Positions 29,248-39,113 are shown, numbered from the stretch's first letter. The stretch: 64,000 nucleotides of DNA from Candidatus Micrarchaeota archaeon (GCA_020854825.1 JAHKLY010000006.1:1-64000), one strand, 5' to 3'. The notes: a model not told the origin generated them from the letters alone. Program-made: numbers and translations.

Positions 29248-30231
29248 TCAAATATTTAAAATATCAATATATCTTTGATATTCTATAACATACTCTGGAA
29301 ATTCTTCTTTTAATTTATTAAATATCTCTTGTCTTATAACTTGGATGTGTCCCATACCTGCAATTGCAAAAACGTTATTATATGTATTAAGTTCATTAAC
29401 ACATATATTAATCATTGAATTGTCTCTTTCCTCTCCCCATAAGGCTTTAATCAAATTTATTAAATACTTATCAGTATGAGGAAATGGTGGATATGCATCT
29501 TTATTTTCAAGTGCAGAAATAAGATTTAAATTTGAATCAATATATTTTTCAATTGCTTCTTGTGCTAAACGTAAAATTGCGCCTTTTAATTCTTCGTCCG
29601 GTTTCATTAATTTTTTAATATCAGTTAAATAATTTGAAAACCATCCTTTTGTTAAATCCTCATATAAAATATCTACAGATCTCTTAAGTGCTTCTTCTCT
29701 AGGTTTATCTGTTATCTCATAAATATAAGAATTGTTTAACCAAATAAAAATTCCTGCATCAATTAAATTATAATCAACAAAAATTCCAAACATTCTTTCT
29801 TTTTTAGCATCCATTCCTTTAACTGGAATTTTTAATTTATTTGCTAAATATATTGCTCTACTTCCCTCATCTTTTTCTGGTTCTTGTGCAATAAATTTTG
29901 TTCTATCTGAAGAAGATTCAATAAGAATTGAATCTGGATCATACTTTAAAACAACATCATCTAAAATATCTAAAAACCATTTTGAACGAGGTTGTCTTCG
30001 AACATGAAGCGCCCCAATAAATATTAGTTGTTTTTTTACATTATTTAAAATTAAAGAATAAATTGTAGTTGAATCTAAAACTTGAAATAAATCTTTTGCA
30101 GATTCTTCCGGTATATTAAACTCTTTCTGATATTTTTCAATTATTGGTTTGCATCTATTAAATTTATCAGTATTAAATTTTGGATAAGTTTTATTTTTTA
30201 TTTTATCCCTAAAATTATTAAGTGATTTCAT
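29248..30231 (-). CDS. TraB/GumN/Tiki-superfamily-like protein
   Basis: Motif order FIGALH ... PDSILIES ... IPVKGMD ... ERDNSM ... AIAGMGH matches the TraB/Tiki metal-ligand pattern. Confidence 0.65.
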   Translation of the reverse strand: MKSLNNFRDKIKNKTYPKFNTDKFNRCKPIIEKYQKEFNIPEESAKDLFQVLDSTTIYSLILNNVKKQLIFIGALHVRRQPRSKWFLDILDDVVLKYDPDSILIESSSDRTKFIAQEPEKDEGSRAIYLANKLKIPVKGMDAKKERMFGIFVDYNLIDAGIFIWLNNSYIYEITDKPREEALKRSVDILYEDLTKGWFSNYLTDIKKLMKPDEELKGAILRLAQEAIEKYIDSNLNLISALENKDAYPPFPHTDKYLINLIKALWGEERDNSMINICVNELNTYNNVFAIAGMGHIQVIRQEIFNKLKEEFPEYVIEYQRYIDILNI

Positions 30232-30329
30232 AACTTAATTAAAGCTTTTTTGGTTTTAAAATGTTTGTATATTTAGAATAAAGCAATTATTTATATTTCT
30301 TATACTAATTATATTAAAGTGATTAAAAT

Positions 30330-32063
30330 ATGAAATTCAAAACTCTGGCAGAATACTTTGATACAATTGAAAGTGCTTCGTCTAGATTAAAAATGACTGA
30401 GCTACTAGCAGAATTATTTGACAAATCAAATAAAGATGAAATTGATAAAATTATTTATTTATGTCAAGGTTCTATTGCACCTAGATTTAAAGGAATTGAT
30501 TTAGGAGTAGGCGAAAAATTTGTTATAAAAGCAATTGCATTAGCTACTGGACATGAACCAAAAGAAATTAATTCTAAATTTAAAAAATCTGGGGATTTAG
30601 GAGATATTGCGCAAGAATTATTAAAAAATAAAAAACAAAGTTCATTATCTTTTTCAGAATTAAGTGTAATAAAAGTTTTTGAAAACTTTATAAAATTAGC
30701 GAATGTAGGAGGAGAGGGAAGTCAAGATTCTAAAATAAAATTAATAGCAGAATTATTAAGTTCTGCTTCTCCTGTAGAAGCAAAATATATTGCGAGATTC
30801 CCTACAGGAAAATTAAGATTGGGGGTTGGTGATCCAACAATTTTAGATGCGTTATCTGTTTATGAAAAAGGATCAAAAGAAATGAGAGAAGAATTAGAAA
30901 GAGCATTTAATTTAACTTCGGATTTAGGTTTAATTGCAAAAAAACTATTTGAAAATCCTAAACAACTTTCTAAAATAACGCCCATTCCTTTTTCACCTAT
31001 TAGACCTTCATTAGCAGAAAGAATGTCTTCTGCAGAAGATATTTTCAAAAAATTAGGAAAATGTGTGATAGACTCAAAATACGATGGACTAAGAATGCAG
31101 ATTCACAAAAAAGAAAATGAAATAGAAATCTATTCAAGAAACCAAGAAGTATTAACTAAAATGTTTCCAGATATAGTTGAAGAAATAAAAAAATTAAAAG
31201 AAAAAGAACTTATTTTTGAAGGAGAAGCACTCGCATATGATGAAAAAAATGAAAAATATTTTTCATTTCAAGAAACAATAAGAAGAAAAAGAAAATATGA
31301 TATTAAACAAATAAAAGAAGAATTACCAATTCAAGTATTTTTATTTGATTTATTATTTTTAAATGGTAAAAATTATACTCAAGAACCATATATTAAAAGA
31401 AGAAAAACATTAGAAAAAATAATACCTAAAAAGAATAAAATGATTAAACCTTCTAATATAACTACTGTTGAATCTCCAAAAGAAATTCATGAATTTTATG
31501 AAAAATGCATTGGAAAAGGATTAGAAGGAATCATTGCTAAAGATTTAAATGCACCATATATTGCAGGTGCAAGAAAATTCTCATGGATTAAATTAAAAAA
31601 ATCATATGGTAAAGTAGCAGATACATTTGACGTAGTTATAGTAGGCTATTATTTAGGTAAAGGACATAGAGCGCAATTTAATTTCGGCGGTTTACTAACA
31701 GCTGTTTATAATAAAGAAAAAGATAAATATGAAACAATTGCACGTATAGGAAGCGGTTTTAGCGAAGAGGAAATGCGAACATTTGAAAAAGAACTTTCTA
31801 AAATAAAATTAAAAGAAAAACCAAAAGAATTAGATTCTGAAATAAAACCTGATTTTTGGGTTTCATTAAAATATGTGATAACTGTAAGCGCTGATGAAAT
31901 TTCATTGTCTCCTATGCATACATGCGCTAAAGATTCAAACCCAAACAGCAAAGGTTTTGCACTACGCTTTCCAAGAATGCTCCACATACGAGAAGATAAA
32001 GATCCTAAAGATGCAACTACTACTAAAGAAATAAAAGAAATGTACAGACTTCAGAAAAACTAA
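30330..32063 (+). CDS. lig: ATP-dependent DNA ligase
   Basis: KYDGLRMQIHK, EGEA, EGIIAK, WIKLK, LRFPR motifs. Confidence 0.97.
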   Translation: MKFKTLAEYFDTIESASSRLKMTELLAELFDKSNKDEIDKIIYLCQGSIAPRFKGIDLGVGEKFVIKAIALATGHEPKEINSKFKKSGDLGDIAQELLKNKKQSSLSFSELSVIKVFENFIKLANVGGEGSQDSKIKLIAELLSSASPVEAKYIARFPTGKLRLGVGDPTILDALSVYEKGSKEMREELERAFNLTSDLGLIAKKLFENPKQLSKITPIPFSPIRPSLAERMSSAEDIFKKLGKCVIDSKYDGLRMQIHKKENEIEIYSRNQEVLTKMFPDIVEEIKKLKEKELIFEGEALAYDEKNEKYFSFQETIRRKRKYDIKQIKEELPIQVFLFDLLFLNGKNYTQEPYIKRRKTLEKIIPKKNKMIKPSNITTVESPKEIHEFYEKCIGKGLEGIIAKDLNAPYIAGARKFSWIKLKKSYGKVADTFDVVIVGYYLGKGHRAQFNFGGLLTAVYNKEKDKYETIARIGSGFSEEEMRTFEKELSKIKLKEKPKELDSEIKPDFWVSLKYVITVSADEISLSPMHTCAKDSNPNSKGFALRFPRMLHIREDKDPKDATTTKEIKEMYRLQKN

Positions 32064-32220
32064 ATTAATAAATAAAATGGAAGTTATAACTCACATTTTT
32101 TTAAATCCAGTACAAAATAAAAAGTAGTATTAAAAATATATGCGCCTTTAATATTTTAATAATTAAATGATTTTAACATTTGAATAAATCCAAAATTATC
32201 AAAAACCGGAGGTTTTTAAT

Positions 32221-32394
32221 ATGGCAATAAGTAGAAAAAGTTTTTCAACACCCTCAAGTACTGCAGGAATATTGGGAGTAGGTTCAGGTTCATCAGGAGG
32301 AATTAAAATGTCTCCTAAATTTGTATTAATTGCAGCAATTATATTCATAATAGTTGTATATGTTTTAACTATTATGTCACAATCAGCTGTTTAA
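32221..32394 (+). CDS. secG: Preprotein translocase subunit Sec61beta (57 aa, below the ORF track cutoff)
   Basis: GGAGG RBS; MAISRKSFSTPSSTAGILGVGSGSSGGIKMSPKFVLIAAIIFIIVVYVL: the S(T)AGIL...IK.SP..V pattern plus a TM helix is typical of Sec61beta. Confidence 0.85.
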   Translation: MAISRKSFSTPSSTAGILGVGSGSSGGIKMSPKFVLIAAIIFIIVVYVLTIMSQSAV

Positions 32395-32491
32395 TTTTTA
32401 AAACTTTGATATTTATTATTTTTTAATTTCTTTTTTTGATTTTTGCATTCTCTAATTTTTAATTTTATGAATGTTTATCCCTAAGTTTAAA

Positions 32492-33418
32492 CTAGATCTT
32501 TTTATTATCTTTTAAATATTCAAAAACTTTAAAACCAGTTAATGCGCCTTTTCCAGCAGCATAAATTGCCTGAGACCAAGTACCAGTTATATCTCCTGCT
32601 GCAAAAATACCAGAAATGTTTGTCATTTGATCTTCATCTACTTTAATAAAATTATTTTTATCCAACTCAATTCCTAAACCTTCAGCTAATTGAGATGATG
32701 GAACAGTTCCAATATTAATGAAGATTCCATCTATTTCTATTTCTTTAATTTCATCATTTTTTCTATTTTTGATCTTTATTTTTTCAACTTTATCTTTTCC
32801 TAAAATTTCTAAAACTGATGTATTATTATGTAATTCAATATTGTCTTTTGTTTTTACATCATCAATTATTGTATTTGTTGCAATAAATTCTTCTGCAAAA
32901 TCAAATAAATATACTTTTTTACATATGTCTGTTAAAACTTGTGCAGATCTAAAAGCTGAATCTCCCCCGCCGATTATTGCAACTGTTTTATCTTTAAATA
33001 ATGGCGCATCACACGTAGCACAATATGCAACTCCTTTTCCTAATAATTCTTCTTCACCAGGAACATTTAAATGCCTATAAACACTTCCGGTTGTTATAAT
33101 AACTGATTTTGCTTTTATTGAAAAATCATTATTCCTTAATAAAAATCCTTCTTCTATTTTATCAATGTCTGTTATCTCCTGCATTTCAAGTTTTACATTT
33201 AACTTATCTAATTGTTCTTGTAATTTAATTCCTAACTGAATTCCTGGCGCTGGATCAAACCCAGGATAATTTTCTAAAAAAGGAGCATTATTTATTAATC
33301 CTCCAATTAAACCTTTTTCTAAAATAATTGTTTTTAAATCTTGTCTTGAAGTATAAATAGCTGCTGAAGCTCCTGCTGGTCCCCCACCTATTATTGCTAC
33401 ATCATAAAGTTCTGTCAT
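32492..33418 (-). CDS. trxB: Thioredoxin-disulfide reductase
   Basis: GGGPAG, ENYPG, GVAYCATCD, GGGDSA, FAAGD. Confidence 0.93.
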   Translation of the reverse strand: MTELYDVAIIGGGPAGASAAIYTSRQDLKTIILEKGLIGGLINNAPFLENYPGFDPAPGIQLGIKLQEQLDKLNVKLEMQEITDIDKIEEGFLLRNNDFSIKAKSVIITTGSVYRHLNVPGEEELLGKGVAYCATCDAPLFKDKTVAIIGGGDSAFRSAQVLTDICKKVYLFDFAEEFIATNTIIDDVKTKDNIELHNNTSVLEILGKDKVEKIKIKNRKNDEIKEIEIDGIFINIGTVPSSQLAEGLGIELDKNNFIKVDEDQMTNISGIFAAGDITGTWSQAIYAAGKGALTGFKVFEYLKDNKKI

Positions 33419-33427
33419 TTAAATCAC

Positions 33428-34858
33428 CTACTTAAATATCCAAGGTACAAAATTGGAAATAAATCCAATTATTGTTATATACATTATACATTTAACTAAT
33501 ACTTTATGTTTAAGATTAATTCTTAAAATATGATATCCATCTAAAATTGGTAATGGAATTAAATTTATTACGCCAACAAAGAAATTCAATATTAAAATTA
33601 AAGCTAATGTTGTATAAACAAATGATAACCATTCAAACCCTTGTTTGAATTTTAATAAAGCTGAAAAACCTTGTTTTGATGCATATGAATATAAGAAACC
33701 TATCTTACCTTCTTCATTTGCAATTTTTGTAAATTCTCCTTGATCAGTTATGATATGTGCTGTTTCTCCTTTTGTTAAATTTAAATTTGAAATATCTGTT
33801 TCTCCATTTACTGAAATTATTTCTGCATTAATAGGTAATGCGTCTCCTCCTACTACAAAATATCCTTCTTCTCTTACATTTGCAGTTACAAATAAAAATA
33901 AAATCAAAATAAGAAAAGTTATAAACATAGTAAATATATTTGCTGTTGAACCTGCAACCATAACTCTTGTTTGCTCAATATCTTTTCTTTTATTTAAATC
34001 TTTTTCATCTGGATCAATAAATGCACCCATAGGAATAAATCCAAATAATGCAATTCCTCCAGAGTCTAATTTAACTGCGGGTTTACATAATCTTGATAAA
34101 AATCCATGTGAAGCTTCGTGAACTAATAATAAAATAATTAATGCTAAAATTCCTTCAAATAAAGGAAGATTTATACCGGGTAATAACAAAGTACCACTTG
34201 GTTCAATTGGAACTACTTCATTTATACCTAATATTATTGAAATTAAATTTATTATTACAATTCCTGCATATAAAACTAATGAAGCTACTAAGAAAAATGA
34301 AAACCCCCCTAAAACTAAAATAGCCATTAATATTATTTGTGTAAATTCAAAACTTTGAACTCCTGCTAAACTTTGTGATGCACCGGCCATATCTATATTA
34401 GAAATTATTGAAACTGCTAATGGTGCTATTAATGGAATAATAAAAAGTAATGTTACTAACATTAAACAAAAACCTAAAAGTAATGCAGTTACACAATGTT
34501 TTAAACTTTCTTTTGAATTTTTAATAAGAAAATAAAAACCTAATAATCCAAATCCCCAAATTAAACCAATATCTGCAAACATTTTCCAAAAATTAGGAAA
34601 TTTATTTGCAATCTTATCTATTAATTCCAAACCTTTTTTTGTCCTAATTAATAAAATTCCATAACCTCCATCTAATTTGTATAGGTTTTGTAAAATAAAT
34701 CCAGTTATTCCTAATTGTAAAACTATTATCCCGAATTTTAAAACTATTGGGCCTTCCATTTCAAAATTTAATAAAAATAAAAATAAAACAATTGATACTG
34801 CTATTACCAAGAAAGCTAGTGTATTCTTAACCTTTTTATTTTTAATAGAAAAATTCAT
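33428..34858 (-). CDS. Site-2 protease (M50 family) membrane metalloprotease
   Basis: HEASH, AGSTAN, NLIPLPILDG; multiple TM helices. Confidence 0.92.
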   Translation of the reverse strand: MNFSIKNKKVKNTLAFLVIAVSIVLFLFLLNFEMEGPIVLKFGIIVLQLGITGFILQNLYKLDGGYGILLIRTKKGLELIDKIANKFPNFWKMFADIGLIWGFGLLGFYFLIKNSKESLKHCVTALLLGFCLMLVTLLFIIPLIAPLAVSIISNIDMAGASQSLAGVQSFEFTQIILMAILVLGGFSFFLVASLVLYAGIVIINLISIILGINEVVPIEPSGTLLLPGINLPLFEGILALIILLLVHEASHGFLSRLCKPAVKLDSGGIALFGFIPMGAFIDPDEKDLNKRKDIEQTRVMVAGSTANIFTMFITFLILILFLFVTANVREEGYFVVGGDALPINAEIISVNGETDISNLNLTKGETAHIITDQGEFTKIANEEGKIGFLYSYASKQGFSALLKFKQGFEWLSFVYTTLALILILNFFVGVINLIPLPILDGYHILRINLKHKVLVKCIMYITIIGFISNFVPWIFK

Positions 34859-34910
34859 AGAAATTTTTAAGATAACAAATATTAAAAAGGTGTCTTATAA
34901 TATCTATAAT

Positions 34911-35390
34911 ATGGAAGAATGCGAAGTATGTGGAAAACATGAAGCAGAGTATATTGCTTCTATTGAAGGCGCTAAACTAAACGTATGCGGAAAATGCGCA
35001 AGAATGGGAACAATCATTAGTAGTTTATACGATGAACAAAGAAAAGAAGAAATAAGAGAACAAAGAGCTGAAAGACAATCAAAAAGTATTTTAACTACTG
35101 ATAAAGAACTAATAGAAACTTTTCATAAAAAAATACAGAATCGTTTAAGAGAAATAGGAATTTCATATCATGTTCTAGCAGAGAGATTAAATGAAAAAGA
35201 ATCATATATTGAAAGAATTGTACAAGGTAAAACCAGACCTGAAGAAAAAACAGCACATAAAATAGAAAAAGAACTGAATATTGAATTATTTGAAGAATCA
35301 AGCGCACCAATAGGTGGAACTGTTTTTCAAAAAGAACACAAAGAAATGACATTAGGAGATGTTATTGAAATAGAAAGAAAGAAGAAATAG
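34911..35390 (+). CDS. mbf1: Multiprotein bridging factor aMBF1
   Basis: CEVCG..IEGAKLNVCGKC zinc ribbon, HTH, C-terminal TLGDV. Confidence 0.9.
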   Translation: MEECEVCGKHEAEYIASIEGAKLNVCGKCARMGTIISSLYDEQRKEEIREQRAERQSKSILTTDKELIETFHKKIQNRLREIGISYHVLAERLNEKESYIERIVQGKTRPEEKTAHKIEKELNIELFEESSAPIGGTVFQKEHKEMTLGDVIEIERKKK

Positions 35391-35400
35391 GTGAAACTTT

Positions 35401-36435
35401 TTGGGTATTCAATTAAAAGATTTAATGATTAAAAAAGAAATAGATATGAACTACTTAGAAGGCAAAAAAGTTGCTGTTGATGCATATAATATTATGTATC
35501 AATTTTTATCATCAATAAGACAATATGATGGTACACCTTTAATGGATTCAGATGGAAATATAACTTCGCATTTATCAGGATTATTTTATAGGAATATAAA
35601 TTTATTAGAAGCAGGTATAAAACCTATTTTTGTTTTTGATGGTAAACCACCAGAATTTAAAGTAACAACTTTAGATGAAAGAAAAGAAAGAAAAGTAATT
35701 GCAAAAGAAAAAATGGAAAATGCATTAAAACATGGTTCATTTGAAGATGCAAGAAAATATGCACAACAAGTATCAAGATTAACAAAAGAAATGGTAGAAG
35801 AAGGAAAAGAATTATTAGAAGCTATGGGAATACCAGTTATTCAAGCTCCTTCAGAAGGTGAAGCTCAAGCATCATACTTAGCAAAAGAAAATATTGTTTA
35901 TGGAGTTGTATCTCAAGATGCAGATTGTTTATTATTTGGAGCGCCAAATTTAATTAGAAATTTATCAGTAACCGGAAAAAGAAAAATACCTGGAAAAAAT
36001 ATTTATGTCCCAATTTCACCAGAAATAATTGAATTAAAACAAATGTTAAAAGAATTAGAAATAACTAGAGAACAATTAATTTTAATGGGAATTTTAATTG
36101 GAACTGATTTTAACAATGGAATAAAAGGAGTAGGACCAAAAACCGCTTTAAAAATTGTTAAAGATTATACAGATTTAGATAAAATAGTTAAATTAGTTGA
36201 AGAGAAATATGATTATGTTTTTGAAGAAGATCCATATAAAATTTATGATTTTTTTATTAATCCTCCTTTGACAAAAGAATATGAAATAAAATTTAAATCC
36301 CCAAATAAAGAAAAATTAATTGAAATTTTAAATGAAAAACATGATTTTGAAGAAGATAGAATAGAAAACGCATTAGCAAAATTATCTAAAAACATTGAAA
36401 CAAAAGCTAAACAAAAAGGGTTATTTGAATTTTAA
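35401..36435 (+). CDS. fen: Flap endonuclease 1
   Basis: DAYNIMYQFLSSIRQ.DG, APSEGEAQ, SQDAD, GTDFN..GVGPKTA, PIP box QKGLFEF; TTG start. Confidence 0.97.
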   Translation: MGIQLKDLMIKKEIDMNYLEGKKVAVDAYNIMYQFLSSIRQYDGTPLMDSDGNITSHLSGLFYRNINLLEAGIKPIFVFDGKPPEFKVTTLDERKERKVIAKEKMENALKHGSFEDARKYAQQVSRLTKEMVEEGKELLEAMGIPVIQAPSEGEAQASYLAKENIVYGVVSQDADCLLFGAPNLIRNLSVTGKRKIPGKNIYVPISPEIIELKQMLKELEITREQLILMGILIGTDFNNGIKGVGPKTALKIVKDYTDLDKIVKLVEEKYDYVFEEDPYKIYDFFINPPLTKEYEIKFKSPNKEKLIEILNEKHDFEEDRIENALAKLSKNIETKAKQKGLFEF

Positions 36436-36635
36436 TGAACTTCATGTGAAGCTTCGTTTTTCATACTTCCAACTATTGATTCCTATCCTCTTTCAGAAGA
36501 AGTTAAGTTAATTCCAGTCATTTCTCTAGCAGAATTTAATGTATTATCTGCAATAAGACCATCGCTTTACATTTATTTAATAAAACTCTTTTACATAATT
36601 TATACCATTTAACAATTCCAATATTTAAAATTATT

Positions 36636-36710
36636 TTAGCGTGTTAAAAAGTAGATACCAAGAATTATTATGCCAATAAGTATAATCCCAACTAGTATTT
36701 TATCAAACAT
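36636..36710 (-). CDS. Putative 24-aa single-TM micropeptide (MFDKILVGIILIGIIILGIYFLTR)
   Basis: ATG..TAA ORF with TTTATAAA (36734-36741) at leaderless spacing; one hydrophobic helix. Confidence 0.5.
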   Translation of the reverse strand: MFDKILVGIILIGIIILGIYFLTR

Positions 36711-36789
36711 ATACTAATTTTTAGAACTTAAAATTTATAAATCTAATTAAACTATATACATAGTTTTTTAAAGGTAAAACAGTTAAAAT

Positions 36790-37074
36790 ATGTATATGAC
36801 AACTATATTTAAAGGTGCATCAAGAGAAAGCAGGATGATAGTATTAGAAAGTTGGGCACAGTTTGGAAAAAAATCTGAAGCAATATCTGCGTTAAAAGAA
36901 TTAGAAAAATTACAAGTAGATGATTCTGTATTTAAAAGACTTCAACAAAAAGCGAAACTAAAAGAAGTAAGAGAATTTGCAGGGGATATATTATTCAAAA
37001 GATTAAAAAATAACATTAGAAACAGAGTAGGTGTAGATTTAATAAAAGCAAAAGATTTAATTGAAAAAAAATAA
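36790..37074 (+). CDS. Hypothetical protein (helical, HEAT-like)
   Basis: 94-aa ORF with host-like codon usage. Confidence 0.6.
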   Translation: MYMTTIFKGASRESRMIVLESWAQFGKKSEAISALKELEKLQVDDSVFKRLQQKAKLKEVREFAGDILFKRLKNNIRNRVGVDLIKAKDLIEKK

Positions 37075-37157
37075 GCAAACCCTTAAAAAGATTATTTAAT
37101 GAAAACATAATACTTATTTAATATATTTAAATATTTATAACTCGGAGTGTGAGAACT

Positions 37158-37334
37158 ATGGCAGCAATTGAAAAAGGCAGAGTATGCGTTAAAAAAAGAG
37201 GGCGCGATGCAGGCGAAGAATGTGTTATTACTAAAGTTATTGATGACAATTACGTTGAAATAGAAAATAAATCAAGAAAAAAAGCAAGAAAATGCGCCAT
37301 AAAACATTTAGAGCCTTTACCACGAAAAGCTTAA
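37158..37334 (+). CDS. rpl14e: 50S ribosomal protein L14e (short form)
   Basis: IEKGRVCVKKRGRDAG..CVI..VIDDNYV..HLEP KOW motif. Confidence 0.92.
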   Translation: MAAIEKGRVCVKKRGRDAGEECVITKVIDDNYVEIENKSRKKARKCAIKHLEPLPRKA

Positions 37335-37379
37335 TTTCATAAGCAATTCCTTATATTCTTTTTCTTTATACTCTTATAT

Positions 37380-38279
37380 ATGTCTAAAATTAAAGAACTA
37401 ATAAATAATGGCATTATCATAATAGATAAACCTAAACAAATTTCATCACATGATACTTCTGAAAAAGTTAAAAACATACTTGCAGGACTAGGTGCTGAAA
37501 AAGCAGGACATTCAGGAACATTAGATCCTTGTGTCACAGGAGTTTTAGTAATTGCATTAAATAATGCAACCCCTTTGTTAAATTATTTAATTAAAAAAGA
37601 TAAAGTTTATGAAGGATATTTACGTTTTTCTGAAAATATTTCAAAGAAAAAGGCACAAGAAATTTTCAATAACTTTTTAGGTGAGATAGAACAAATGCCC
37701 CCTAGAAAATGTGCTGTAAAAAGACAAACAAGAAAAAAATATATTTATTCATTTAAAGCTGTTAAAAAAATAAAAACAGAAACTGATAAAGCAGATATTT
37801 ATTTTAAAATAAAATGTGAAGCAGGAACATATATCAGATCAATTGCTAGAGATATTTCAGATAAACATTCTACATGCAGATTAATGACATTAAGAAGAAC
37901 AGCTGTTGGAAATATAAAAGAAAACAAAGCATTTACATTAGATGAATTAAAAGAAGCATATTTTGATGAATATAAGAAAAAAGGAAATGAAAAACCTTTG
38001 CGCAAAATAATTAAACCTGTTGAGTATTATGTAAAAAAAGAAATGCCAATAATTATTGTTGATAAAAATGCAGTTACTCCTTTAATGACTGGACATGTTT
38101 TGTACATTCCAGGAATAATAAAAATAGAAGGCGCATTCAAAAAAGGAGAAGCAGTAGCGCTTTTCACTGAAAACAATAAACTAATTGAGATTGCTGAAGC
38201 GCTTGAAGATTCTGAAACAATTAAAAAACTAAAAAAAGGAATAGCAACAAAACCCATTAGAGTAATTATGAAAAAATAA
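37380..38279 (+). CDS. truB: tRNA/rRNA pseudouridine synthase TruB/Cbf5
   Basis: IDKP, GHSGTLDP, CEAGTYIR, LRRT, C-terminal PUA domain. Confidence 0.93.
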   Translation: MSKIKELINNGIIIIDKPKQISSHDTSEKVKNILAGLGAEKAGHSGTLDPCVTGVLVIALNNATPLLNYLIKKDKVYEGYLRFSENISKKKAQEIFNNFLGEIEQMPPRKCAVKRQTRKKYIYSFKAVKKIKTETDKADIYFKIKCEAGTYIRSIARDISDKHSTCRLMTLRRTAVGNIKENKAFTLDELKEAYFDEYKKKGNEKPLRKIIKPVEYYVKKEMPIIIVDKNAVTPLMTGHVLYIPGIIKIEGAFKKGEAVALFTENNKLIEIAEALEDSETIKKLKKGIATKPIRVIMKK

Positions 38280-38433
38280 AAGTTAAACAAACTCCCAAAT
38301 TTTATCTTTATCATTGTCCCAAAGTTCTCGCATCTTTTGTTTTTGAATACTAAATACAAAATATCGTAAATTTACATCTTCTTGATTATCTCTATTTATA
38401 TTATTCACCCTAAAAGTTAGTTTTTTCTTTCAT

Positions 38434-38535
38434 TTTTTACCTTCGGTAAAAATCTGTCCAAAATTTTTAATTTTGAACATCTTTTTCTTTTTGGTTGAGC
38501 TTTTTATTTTTCTTTTTTAAAGAAAAAGAAAAAGG
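38434..38535. repeat. Cluster of three inverted repeats between convergent genes (terminator/REP-like)
   Basis: TTTTTACC-TTC-GGTAAAAA; TGTCCAAAATT..AATTTTGAACA; CTTTTTATTTTTCTTT..AAAGAAAAAGAAAAAG. Confidence 0.6.
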
Positions 38536-38538
38536 TCA

Positions 38539-38847
38539 TTAGCCAAAGAGAGATCCAAAACCAGATTGTGCTGCGCTTTCAGCTTCTTCTACTTTCTTTA
38601 TAATCTCTTGCGCTTTATCTTCTTTAGCTTCTTCGCAAACATCTTTTAATTTTTCAAGAATAAATTTTTCTTCTTTATCATCAAAATAATTAATTAACAC
38701 AACTGTCTTTTTTTCCAAATCAAATTCTGAACCATCTTTGAGAGTAAATCCTAATTTAGAAAAATTAATTACTCCATATGGATCATCTTCTAAAATTGCC
38801 TTAAGCTCCGCTTTCTTTGCATTATCGCATATCAAAACTTTTTTCAT
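38539..38847 (-). CDS. Small hypothetical protein with a P-stalk-like C-terminus
   Basis: Ends EEAESAAQSGFGSLFG; GGTGG RBS before MKKVL. Confidence 0.8.
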   Translation of the reverse strand: MKKVLICDNAKKAELKAILEDDPYGVINFSKLGFTLKDGSEFDLEKKTVVLINYFDDKEEKFILEKLKDVCEEAKEDKAQEIIKKVEEAESAAQSGFGSLFG

Positions 38848-38864
38848 TGAAACCACCTAGCAGG

Positions 38865-39113
38865 TTATTCTTTTGCTCCGCCGATCGCAATCAAAAATCC
38901 AATTACTATTATTATAAATGGCCCTGCAATCTCAAATCCAGTTATATTAAAATAACCCATTGAGCTAAAAAGCCATATTAAACCAACGGCGATTGTAAAG
39001 AATCCGCCCAAAATTACATCTTTTTTAAGCAATTCATTTCCTTTAAAATAATTCCTTTGGGGAACTACTTTCTTTGTTGTTTTTGTTGTTTTTCTTTTTT
39101 TTCTTGTTACCAT
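38865..39113 (-). CDS. Small membrane protein (2 TM)
   Basis: Basic N-terminus MVTRKKRK followed by two hydrophobic helices. Confidence 0.7.
   Translation of the reverse strand: MVTRKKRKTTKTTKKVVPQRNYFKGNELLKKDVILGGFFTIAVGLIWLFSSMGYFNITGFEIAGPFIIIVIGFLIAIGGAKE

Noticed and set aside
34677-34910. Long N-terminal extensions in the ORF track for MBF1 (also beta-CASP 60196-60453, rpl1, rpl3, cmk)
   Set aside because: They overlap opposite-strand genes or promoter/leader regions; family homology begins at the downstream ATGs.
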